A stretch of DNA of 64,000 nucleotides from the human T2T-CHM13v2.0 reference genome, Homo sapiens. The stretch spans positions 31,904,001-31,968,000 of the forward strand of contig CP068257.2 of NCBI GenBank assembly GCA_009914755.4, written 5' to 3'. Positions 27,316 to 37,995 of this stretch are shown here, in pieces; position 1 is the first letter of the stretch, and the number at the start of each line of letters is the position of its first letter. The notes below the pieces were generated by a model. That model saw nothing but the letters and a program-made list of their open reading frames with translations, was not told the origin of the DNA and made no database searches. A program made the position numbers and the translations under genes.

Positions 27316-30300
27316 ACTTGAAAGAGGGCTCCAGAAAAAGTAGATGCGTATCTGTACAAACAGATCCTACTGATGAAATTCCCACTAAAAAGTCAAAGAA
27401 GCATAAAAAGCACAAAAACAAAAAGAAGAAAAAGAAGAAAGAAAAGGAAAAAAAATATAAAAGACAGCCAGAAGAATCTGAGTCAAAGACGAAATCTCAT
27501 GATGATGGGAACATAGATTTAGAATCTGATTCCTTTTTAAAGTTTGATTCTGAACCTTCAGCTGTGGCGCTGGAGCTTCCTACAAGAGCATTTGGCCCAT
27601 CTGAGACCAATGAATCCCCTGCAGTTGTGCTAGAACCTCCTGTAGTATCAATGGAGGTATCAGAGCCACACATCTTAGAAACTCTGAAGCCAGCTACAAA
27701 AACTGCAGAACTGTCAGTTGTATCTACATCAGTAATCTCAGAGCAGTCAGAGCAGTCTGTGGCAGTAATGCCAGAACCATCCATGACAAAGATTCTGGAT
27801 TCCTTTGCAGCAGCACCAGTGCCTACTACAACACTGGTGTTGAAGTCATCTGAGCCAGTTGTAACAATGTCAGTGGAGTATCAGATGAAGTCTGTGCTGA
27901 AATCTGTGGAGAGCACATCTCCAGAGCCATCAAAGATCATGTTGGTAGAGCCCCCAGTAGCAAAAGTGTTAGAGCCTTCAGAAACCCTTGTGGTATCATC
28001 AGAGACACCTACTGAGGTGTACCCTGAGCCAAGCACATCAACAACAATGGATTTTCCAGAGTCATCTGCAATTGAAGCGCTAAGATTGCCAGAGCAGCCT
28101 GTAGACGTACCATCGGAGATTGCAGATTCATCCATGACAAGACCGCAGGAGTTGCCGGAGCTGCCTAAGACCACAGCGTTGGAGCTGCAGGAGTCGTCGG
28201 TGGCCTCAGCGATGGAGTTGCCGGGGCCACCTGCGACCTCCATGCCGGAGTTGCAGGGGCCCCCTGTGACTCCAGTGCTGGAGTTACCTGGGCCCTCTGC
28301 TACCCCGGTGCCAGAGTTGCCAGGGCCCCTTTCTACCCCAGTGCCTGAGTTGCCAGGGCCCCCTGCGACAGCAGTGCCTGAGTTGCCAGGGCCCTCTGTG
28401 ACACCAGTGCCACAGTTGTCGCAGGAATTGCCAGGGCTTCCAGCACCATCCATGGGGTTGGAGCCACCACAGGAGGTACCAGAGCCACCTGTGATGGCAC
28501 AGGAGTTGCCAGGGCTGCCTTTGGTGACAGCAGCAGTAGAGTTGCCAGAGCAGCCTGCGGTAACAGTAGCAATGGAGTTGACCGAACAACCTGTGACGAC
28601 GACAGAGTTGGAGCAGCCTGTGGGGATGACAACGGTGGAACATCCTGGGCATCCTGAGGTGACAACGGCAACAGGGTTGCTGGGGCAGCCTGAGGCAACG
28701 ATGGTGCTGGAGTTGCCAGGACAGCCAGTGGCAACGACAGCGCTGGAGTTGCCGGGGCAGCCTTCGGTGACTGGGGTGCCAGAGTTGCCAGGGCTGCCTT
28801 CGGCAACTAGGGCACTGGAGTTGTCGGGGCAGCCTGTGGCAACTGGGGCACTAGAGTTGCCTGGGCCGCTCATGGCAGCTGGGGCACTGGAGTTCTCGGG
28901 GCAGTCTGGGGCAGCTGGAGCACTGGAGCTTTTGGGGCAGCCTCTGGCAACAGGGGTGCTGGAGTTGCCAGGGCAGCCTGGGGCGCCAGAGTTGCCTGGG
29001 CAGCCTGTGGCAACTGTGGCGCTGGAGATCTCTGTTCAGTCTGTGGTGACAACATCGGAGCTGTCAACGATGACCGTGTCGCAGTCCCTGGAGGTGCCCT
29101 CGACGACAGCGCTGGAATCCTATAATACGGTAGCACAGGAGCTGCCTACTACATTAGTGGGGGAGACTTCTGTAACAGTAGGAGTGGATCCCTTGATGGC
29201 CCCAGAATCCCATATATTAGCTTCTAACACCATGGAGACCCATATATTAGCATCCAACACCATGGACTCCCAAATGCTAGCGTCCAACACCATGGACTCC
29301 CAGATGCTAGCATCCAACACCATGGACTCCCAGATGTTAGCGTCTAGCACCATGGACTCCCAGATGTTAGCAACTAGCTCCATGGACTCCCAGATGTTAG
29401 CAACTAGCTCCATGGACTCCCAGATGTTAGCAACTAGCACTATGGACTCCCAGATGTTAGCAACCAGTTCCATGGACTCCCAGATGTTAGCAACCAGCTC
29501 CATGGACTCCCAGATGTTAGCAACCAGCTCCATGGACTCCCAGATGTTAGCAACCAGCTCCATGGACTCCCAGATGTTAGCAACCAGCACCATGGATTCT
29601 CAGATGTTAGCAACCAGCACCATGGACTCCCAGATGTTAGCAACTAGCTCAATGGATTCCCAGATGTTAGCATCTGGCACTATGGACTCTCAAATGTTAG
29701 CTTCTGGCACCATGGATGCTCAGATGTTAGCGTCTGGTACCATGGATGCCCAGATGTTAGCGTCTAGTACCCAAGATTCTGCTATGTTGGGTTCAAAATC
29801 TCCTGATCCCTATAGGTTAGCTCAGGATCCTTACAGGTTAGCTCAGGATCCCTATAGGTTGGGCCATGACCCCTATAGATTAGGTCATGATGCTTACAGG
29901 TTAGGACAAGACCCTTATAGATTAGGCCATGATCCCTACAGACTAACTCCTGATCCCTATAGGATGTCACCTAGACCCTACAGGATAGCACCCAGGTCCT
30001 ATAGAATAGCACCCAGGCCATATAGGTTAGCACCTAGACCCCTGATGTTAGCATCTAGACGTTCTATGATGATGTCCTATGCTGCAGAACGTTCCATGAT
30101 GTCATCTTACGAACGCTCTATGATGTCTTATGAGCGGTCTATGATGTCCCCTATGGCTGAACGCTCTATGATGTCAGCCTACGAGCGCTCTATGATGTCA
30201 GCCTACGAGCGCTCTATGATGTCCCCTATGGCTGAGCGCTCTATGATGTCAGCTTATGAACGCTCCATGATGTCAGCTTATGAACGCTCCATGATGTCCC

Positions 30301-33231
30301 CAATGGCTGATCGATCTATGATGTCCATGGGTGCTGACCGGTCTATGATGTCGTCATACTCTGCTGCTGACCGGTCTATGATGTCATCGTACTCTGCAGC
30401 TGACCGATCTATGATGTCATCTTATACTGCTGATCGTTCAATGATGTCTATGGCTGCTGATTCTTACACCGATTCTTACACTGACACATATACAGAGGCA
30501 TATATGGTGCCACCTTTGCCTCCTGAAGAGCCCCCAACAATGCCACCGTTGCCACCTGAGGAGCCACCAATGACACCACCATTGCCTCCTGAGGAACCAC
30601 CAGAGGGTCCAGCATTGCCCACTGAGCAGTCAGCATTAACAGCTGAAAATACTTGGCCTACAGAGGTGCCATCATTACCATCTGAAGAGTCTGTATCGCA
30701 GCCTGAGCCTCCTGTGAGTCAAAGTGAGATTTCGGAGCCTTCAGCAGTGCCTACTGATTATTCAGTGTCAGCATCAGATCCCTCAGTTTTAGTATCAGAG
30801 GCTGCTGTGACTGTTCCAGAACCACCACCAGAGCCAGAATCTTCAATTACGTTAACACCTGTAGAGTCTGCAGTAGTAGCAGAAGAACATGAAGTTGTTC
30901 CAGAGAGACCAGTGACTTGTATGGTATCTGAAACTCCCGCCATGTCAGCTGAACCAACTGTGTTAGCATCAGAGCCTCCTGTTATGTCAGAGACAGCAGA
31001 AACATTTGATTCCATGAGAGCCTCAGGACATGTTGCCTCAGAAGTATCTACATCCTTGTTGGTTCCAGCAGTAACTACTCCAGTGCTGGCAGAGAGCATT
31101 CTGGAGCCGCCAGCCATGGCTGCCCCAGAGTCTTCAGCTATGGCTGTCCTGGAGTCTTCGGCTGTGACCGTCCTGGAGTCTTCGACTGTGACTGTCCTGG
31201 AGTCTTCGACTGTAACTGTCCTGGAGCCTTCGGTTGTGACTGTCCCGGAGCCTCCTGTTGTGGCTGAGCCAGACTATGTTACCATTCCTGTGCCAGTTGT
31301 TTCTGCGCTGGAGCCTTCTGTGCCTGTTCTGGAACCAGCGGTGTCAGTCCTTCAACCTTCTATGATTGTTTCAGAACCATCTGTTTCTGTCCAGGAATCG
31401 ACTGTGACAGTTTCAGAGCCTGCTGTCACAGTCTCAGAGCAGACTCAAGTAATACCAACTGAGGTGGCTATAGAGTCCACACCAATGATACTGGAATCTA
31501 GTATCATGTCATCACATGTTATGAAAGGAATTAATCTATCCTCTGGTGATCAAAATCTTGCTCCAGAGATTGGCATGCAGGAGATTGCATTGCATTCAGG
31601 TGAAGAACCACATGCTGAGGAACACCTGAAAGGTGACTTTTACGAAAGTGAACATGGTATAAATATAGACCTTAATATAAATAATCATTTAATTGCTAAA
31701 GAGATGGAACATAATACAGTGTGTGCTGCTGGTACTAGTCCTGTTGGGGAAATTGGTGAAGAGAAAATTTTGCCCACCAGTGAGACTAAACAGCGCACAG
31801 TATTGGATACCTACCCTGGTGTTAGTGAAGCTGATGCAGGAGAAACTCTATCTTCTACTGGTCCTTTTGCTCTGGAACCTGATGCAACAGGAACTAGTAA
31901 GGGTATTGAATTTACCACAGCATCTACTCTCAGTTTAGTTAATAAATATGATGTTGATTTATCTTTAACTACTCAAGATACTGAACATGACATGGTAATT
32001 TCCACCAGTCCTAGTGGTGGTAGTGAAGCTGACATTGAAGGGCCTTTGCCTGCTAAAGATATTCATCTTGATTTACCATCTAATAATAACCTTGTTAGTA
32101 AGGATACAGAAGAACCATTACCTGTAAAAGAGAGTGACCAGACATTAGCAGCTCTGCTCAGCCCTAAAGAAAGTAGTGGAGGAGAAAAAGAAGTACCTCC
32201 CCCTCCTAAAGAGACACTGCCTGATTCAGGATTTTCTGCCAATATTGAGGATATTAATGAAGCAGATTTAGTGAGACCGTTACTTCCTAAGGACATGGAA
32301 CGTCTTACAAGCCTTAGAGCTGGCATTGAAGGACCTTTACTTGCAAGTGATGTTGGACGTGACAGATCTGCTGCCAGCCCGGTTGTAAGTAGTATGCCAG
32401 AAAGAGCTTCAGAGTCTTCTTCAGAGGAAAAAGATGATTATGAAATTTTTGTAAAAGTTAAGGACACTCACGAAAAAAGCAAGAAAAATAAGAACCGTGA
32501 TAAGGGGGAGAAAGAGAAGAAAAGAGACTCTTCATTAAGATCTCGAAGTAAGCGTTCCAAATCTTCTGAACACAAATCACGCAAGCGTACCAGTGAATCT
32601 CGTTCTAGGGCAAGAAAGAGATCATCTAAGTCCAAGTCTCATCGCTCTCAGACACGTTCACGGTCACGTTCAAGACGCAGGAGGAGAAGCAGCAGATCAA
32701 GATCAAAGTCTAGAGGAAGAAGATCTGTATCAAAAGAGAAGCGCAAAAGATCTCCAAAGCACAGATCCAAGTCTAGGGAAAGAAAAAGAAAAAGATCAAG
32801 CTCCAGGGATAACCGAAAGACAGTTAGAGCTCGAAGTCGAACCCCAAGTCGTCGGAGTCGGAGTCATACTCCAAGTCGTCGACGAAGGTCTAGATCTGTG
32901 GGTAGAAGAAGGAGCTTTAGCATTTCCCCAAGCCGCCGCAGCCGCACCCCCAGCCGCCGCAGCCGCACCCCCAGCCGCCGCAGCCGCACCCCCAGCCGCC
33001 GCAGCCGCACCCCCAGCCGCCGGAGCCGCACCCCTAGCCGTCGGAGCCGCACCCCAAGCCGCCGGAGAAGATCAAGGTCTGTGGTAAGAAGACGAAGCTT
33101 CAGTATCTCACCAGTCAGATTAAGGCGATCAAGAACACCCTTAAGAAGAAGGTTTAGCAGATCTCCCATCCGTCGTAAAAGATCCAGGTCTTCTGAACGA
33201 GGCAGATCACCCAAACGTCTGACAGATTTGG
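27316..33231 (+). CDS. SON: SON exon 3, giant 5916-nt exon (about 1972 codons) with all SON-specific tandem peptide repeats and the RS domain
   Basis: ORF 27318..33245(+). Acceptor ttttag| at 27314-15, donor TTG G|gtgagt at 33232. The repeat arrays (MDSQMLATSS, DPYRLAQ, ERSMMS, PSRRSRT) are diagnostic of SON. Confidence 0.95.
29215..29765 (+). repeat. SON: In-frame 30-nt tandem coding repeats in SON exon 3 (MDSQMLA(T/S)S(S/T) x about 18); several copies are 100% identical at DNA level
   Basis: Direct reading of the sequence: ccatggactcccagatgttagcaaccagct units are repeated. Confidence 0.9.
29800..30450 (+). repeat. SON: Further in-frame SON exon-3 tandem repeats: 21-nt DPYRLAQ-type (29800-30060) and ERSMMS(A/P)Y-type (30060-30450)
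   Basis: The ORF translation shows the periodic peptides. The DNA units are near-identical. Confidence 0.85.
32924..33075 (+). repeat. SON: SON RS-domain 21-nt perfect tandem repeat (cccagccgccgcagccgcacc x about 6, PSRRSRT)
   Basis: There are identical 21-mers and the region is GC-rich. Confidence 0.9.
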
Positions 33232-34254
33232 GTGAGTCATTTTAAAGTTTAATGGGATGGTAGTAGAAAATGTTTTAAACCTTAATTTTTTTCTGACCTT
33301 GAGTCAAGTGAAATACTTAGTTACTGGTTTAGGATAAATGTTTCTGTCTTTAAGTTTTTATTATTACATGGTACTGTATTTAGGAACTACTGGGATCAGT
33401 GTATTATAATTAGAGTTAAAAAGTCCTGTTTCAGAGTATAATAGAACCAAGGTGTTTCCATATTTGAATGTTTTATTTTGTTTTAGTTATCTTGCCATAG
33501 CTAAAAATTGAAAGCAGAAACAGATGTAGAACTCTAGCTAAATTAAAAACAAGCTAAGTATATGCTCAGATTGTTATTGTATGTGTTCTAACATACATCC
33601 TTGCAACTAAGCCTAAAATTACAATGTTCCTTTTTAAATAAGTTAACATATCTTAAAATGGCATTATAGGACTGTTAAATGAAGGTAATTCTGATTGGTA
33701 TAGTTGGTAATGGAAGTGAGTGGGGAATTTTGCGTGTGGGGGTTATTTAATTGGGTAGGTGATACTAGCTAAATAAAGTTAAATATTTTAGATCAGTGTG
33801 ATTTTTAATAACCTGTTCTGCTTTACTTTAAAGATAACTGTTCTAATTTCCCCTGATTTTTAGTGTGCAGAGGTGATTAAAACTTGATCGATATGAATGA
33901 TTACCTATAATAAATATGGATAATTTATCCTTATCCCAGTATACTGGACATTTCTAGGCCAGGATTGTCTAAAGAAGAAGAGGTTAAGAGTAAAAAGGGA
34001 GAATCTGCATTCAGTTCAACAGAAGTTTTCTGAGTTCTTTTTTATTCACAGCAGAGGAACAGTATGTAATTCCTCAAGTGATTGCAAGTGGTGGAGGAGA
34101 CATGGGTAAAATGCATATATGTCTCTCTTATAGTAACACTGTCTAAAAAGGACAGAATGTGATTACTATAATACTGATAGAGGTGAGGTACTTTAGGAAC
34201 ACAATGGGAAAAGGGGAAAAGGAATGTTAATTCTGACTTAATGACAGCTTGTTA

Positions 34255-34568
<314 letters not shown>

Positions 34569-34995
34569 GAGGTGGCACTTGAACTGGGGCTCAAAGAGTG
34601 ATTTAAGGTGTCAGAAGGAGAGTAAGGTCATGATAATTTTGTGAAATGAAATAGGCTTTGGCAGGTTTATATCTTAGAGTGTGTGTAGTAGGGTGATCAT
34701 TATAGTTGTGTAGTAACCTATTGTAATATTCTAATGGGAAGCTCAATATGTGGACTTAATTCCCTGAATGAGGCCACTGCTGAAAAACTTTGAGCCAGTG
34801 GTTTGATCATAGCTGTAACTTAGAGCAGAATATTGATGCCTATAGTTTTTTCCTTTTTTTTTTTCTTTTTTGTTAGATACCCAAGTTCTTCGATGGATCT
34901 AGGATGCCTTTAGTTTTGTTAGTATGTTAGACTTTTGGTAATACAAAATGTACAGTCTTTTAGGAAAACTGCAGCTTGTATTTTTCTTCTTACAG

Positions 34996-35156
34996 ATAAG
35001 GCTCAATTACTTGAAATAGCCAAAGCTAATGCAGCTGCCATGTGTGCTAAGGCTGGTGTCCCTTTACCACCAAACCTAAAGCCTGCACCTCCACCTACTA
35101 TAGAAGAGAAAGTTGCTAAAAAGTCAGGAGGAGCTACTATAGAAGAACTAACTGAG
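34996..35156 (+). CDS. SON: SON exon 4 ((D)KAQLLEIAKANAAAMCAKAGVPLPPNLKPAPPPTIEEKVAKKSGGATIEELTE)
   Basis: ORF 34935..35165(+). Acceptor cttacag| at 34994-95, donor GAG|gtaagc at 35157. Frame links from exon 3. Confidence 0.9.
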
Positions 35157-35221
35157 GTAAGCTAGACAGAATTTGTTTTCATTCTTAAATGGATTATTCC
35201 AGTGATGTTGACTCTGGAGCG

Positions 35222-35714
35222 TGCCAAAACCCGAATTGTGGGCAGAACTGATAATGGCTGGCACCGAGTGGCCAAAACCCGAAATACAGATGTGGCAGCG
35301 GCAGAAGCTCTGTTTAGCAGGCCATTATCCGGGATGGCTAAGCTCCGCTAGCTAAAAGTTACTTCCCATTACTTTTGCTTTCCAGTTTTAGAAGCCAAAC
35401 TGACTGAGGAGTGGGACGGTTCGTTTGAATGGAGGAGGTGTTGAGTGAGCAACACGCAGAAGCTCGCCTACAGTTTCGTTTCCATTCACGACGCGTTCAC
35501 TGATCGCCACGAGTATACTGCATATACGCAAAGACACAGACAATCTTCAGAAATGATCTTTTGCCACCGGAGCTTGGAAATTAATAAGAATAGCTGGCCA
35601 TTGCCTGAAAGGAACTTCTTTCGCATCAACATTTCGGGTTTTGGCTGTTTGGTACCAGCCATTGGCGATAATGGCCGGCCATTATCAGTTCTTCCTGCGG
35701 TTCGGGTTTTGGCA
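35222..35714. other. Anomalous 493-bp CpG-retaining element with about 44-bp imperfect terminal inverted repeats, subterminal direct/inverted repeats and an internal 20-bp perfect palindrome (MITE- or transposon-end-like; origin undetermined)
   Basis: Left end is tgccaaaacccgaa at 35222-35235 and right end is ttcgggttttggca at 35701-35714, a perfect 14-bp TIR. An inner arm aactgataatggc (35246-58) pairs with gccattatcagtt (35679-91). The gccaaaacccgaa motif is repeated at 35271-83 and, inverted, at 35633-45. A palindrome gataatggccggccattatc lies at 35665-35684. There are about 25 CpGs in 493 bp (obs/exp about 0.9), against about 1 CpG per 280 bp in the flanking intron. Confidence 0.6.
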
Positions 35715-36759
35715 GTAACATATATATTTTAAACACACTTATTTTTGTTTTTAAAAGTTTGATCTTTTCAATTGAGGCTTTTTTGGGGCTTTGTTTTATT
35801 ACTATTTTTTTGGTGTGGGTGGATGGGGGGAGATGCTAAAATATTGCTGCTAGGATCCAGAAATACCACACTGTTTCATATATTGGAACTTGTTATTGGC
35901 TAGCCTTATGCCAGCCTGCCACTGTCAATATATTCTGTTCCCCTTGGTTACAAGCTTAATATACTCTTGTGTTTTTGGCGAAATGAGCTTTTTATCCTAT
36001 TGTAATATTTTCAATTGATAATAGATGTCATTAAATCTACTGCTTGTATAGAGACAGGTGTACCCAAATTTACTCTTGACCTTTTTATAAAGCCAGGTAA
36101 TGGAGTCTGTTCCTTTGCATCTCAGGAAGGAATTGACTTTGCTTTATGTATCAGACCTCATCAATTGCACCCTCTCCATCATGCCTTATTTTCCTAAGTT
36201 CTCCTTAAAGAAACTCAACCCACAAAACATTTATGGAGAGACATGTTGCTATCTAATCCTGTTGCAAATATTTCAGATCTTTTGTTTTGCCATACATCTG
36301 GGAAAATGTAAAGCTTCTGAATCTGTTTCCTCACTTAGATTTATTACAATATGAATTACAACTTTTTTTAAAAAATTAAGGACCTTGTAAACGCTTCTAT
36401 TGCTTATTTACCTAATCCAAGCTCCTTATCCAAAATGCTAAGGACAGTTAGTATTTTGCTGTTTTCGGCCCCATCTTCAGCCTTCTTGTCCCAAGTTTCT
36501 TCTCACCTTTTTACCACCACCTGACTAGGATGACTTCTCCTTTCCCTACCAGTCTTTGTTCTTTACTATGAAAATCTGGCTTAGAACTCTTCAAGGAATA
36601 TTCCTTGATTCTCTAACTCTGCCTGACTATTCTCTCTTAAGCCTTTGTTCTTTTAGCACTTATGTACTCAGTTTGTATTATATCAGTTTGCACTTGTTAT
36701 TGTGTTGCTCTGTAAAAGTGTTCAATTATTTCATGTATATGTATTCCTTCTCTTGTACT

Positions 36760-36905
36760 AGATTGTAAGCTCCTTGAGAGCAGGGACCATGTCTTCTACT
36801 TTTTTTTTTTTTTTTTTTTTTTGTATTCCCCAGACAGTGCCCAGTACAGTGCTCTCTCTGCACATAGTAGGTGCTCAATAAATGTTGTTGACTGACTGAC
36901 CAGCC
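36760..36905. mobile_element. MIR 3' region
   Basis: attgtaagctccttgagagcagggaccatgtc...gcacatagtaggtgctcaataaatgttgttgactgactgacc. Confidence 0.6.
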
Positions 36906-37069
36906 AGAGTGTGTTTAAATAGTAGTTAATATGCCAAGTTACGTATCTATAACCTATCATGAATCTTGTTTAACTTTGGAAAGTTGCTATTATGTGGTTT
37001 TGATTCTAAGAAATTACATGTTCTACATAAAGCGTAAGATTTATCTTTTGTTTGTTTTTACTTTTAAAG

Positions 37070-37216
37070 AAATGTAAACAGATCGCACAGAGTAAAGAAG
37101 ATGATGATGTAATAGTGAATAAACCTCATGTTTCGGATGAAGAGGAAGAAGAACCTCCTTTTTATCATCATCCCTTTAAACTCAGTGAACCCAAACCTAT
37201 TTTTTTCAATCTGAAT
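37070..37216 (+). CDS. SON: SON exon 5 (KCKQIAQSKEDDDVIVNKPHVSDEEEEEPPFYHHPFKLSEPKPIFFNLN)
   Basis: ORF 37052..37336(+). Acceptor cttttaaag| at 37068-69, donor AAT|gtgagt at 37217. 147 nt. Confidence 0.9.
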
Positions 37217-37426
37217 GTGAGTATTAGTGCTTATGGATTGGTAAAACAGTGTAACTTGTGGAACTATTTAAATAAAACCCAAATCGAATTTAGTTTATTA
37301 ATTTTTGTTTTAAATACTGTGAGAAATAATGGATAATATCATTTCCTTCAGATTATGTAGAAAATCTCAAACCATTTAATGTAGATATCATATTGAGCTT
37401 TAATTAAGAAACACTTTATTTTTTAG

Positions 37427-37615
37427 ATTGCTGCAGCAAAACCAACTCCACCAAAAAGCCAGGTAACATTAACAAAAGAATTCCCTGTATCATCTGGATC
37501 TCAACATCGGAAAAAAGAAGCGGATAGTGTTTATGGAGAATGGGTTCCTGTGGAGAAAAATGGTGAAGAAAACAAAGATGATGATAATGTTTTCAGCAGC
37601 AATTTGCCCTCAGAG
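37427..37615 (+). CDS. SON: SON exon 6 (IAAAKPTPPKSQVTLTKEFPVSSGSQHRKKEADSVYGEWVPVEKNGEENKDDDNVFSSNLPSE)
   Basis: Acceptor ttttttag| at 37425-26, donor GAG|gtaagt at 37616. 189 nt, in frame. Confidence 0.9.
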
Positions 37616-37715
37616 GTAAGTAGGAGGAATATTATGTATTTTTCCTTTTTTATACCTGAATCTGCCATTTCATTGTTATGTTATGTCTGATTTGGATTCT
37701 GTTTCACTCTTCTTA

Positions 37716-37995
37716 GGGCCGGGTTAAACGGCAGGGCCGGGTTAGACGACAGATGAAACAACCCGCAGCTTCTCATTTGACAGTAACTCGATGCAATTCA
37801 CTTTGTGGAACCAAGCCACAAAGTGAAAAGCATCGAATTGCAGAGAACAGTGTTATCACATCCCTACCCAACATTGGGCCCTCCCTGCACTTGTGGGAAG
37901 GTAGTCCAAGGTACAACTATTTAGCTTCCCGATTTGCTTCAAGGCTCTATAGCTCTAGATTTTGGTGGTAGCAAATTTATCGGGTGGAGGGATTG
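37716..37995. other. Anomalous CpG-retaining segment about 280 bp long in SON intron 6, starting with an 18-nt tandem direct repeat (gggccgggttaaacggca / gggccgggttagacgaca)
   Basis: It begins right after a strong acceptor-like cactcttcttag at 37715-16. There are 10 CpGs in about 280 bp (obs/exp about 0.6). Hairpins are present: ctttgtgg-N7-ccacaaag at about 37800-37822 and cccgatttgc..gcaaatttatcggg at about 37928-37984. ORF-track ORF 37753..37971(+) is 72 aa with no recognisable family. Confidence 0.45.

Noticed and set aside
27881-28873. 330-aa ORF on the minus strand inside SON exon 3 (plus further antisense ORFs at 28284-29643)
   Set aside because: It is an antisense artefact of the in-frame tandem repeats on the coding strand. 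Its composition is low-complexity and periodic, and it has no start context. It is not a gene.
32593-33087. Plus-strand 164-aa ORF in an alternative frame across the SON RS domain, ending in PPAAAAAPPAAAAA repeats
   Set aside because: It is an out-of-frame reading of the GC-rich 21-nt RS repeats. SON reads the same DNA in the main exon-3 frame.
35445-35732. 95-aa ORF inside or overlapping the intron-4 CpG-rich element
   Set aside because: It runs across the right terminal repeat into flanking intron. It has no recognisable domain or start context. It is treated as incidental.
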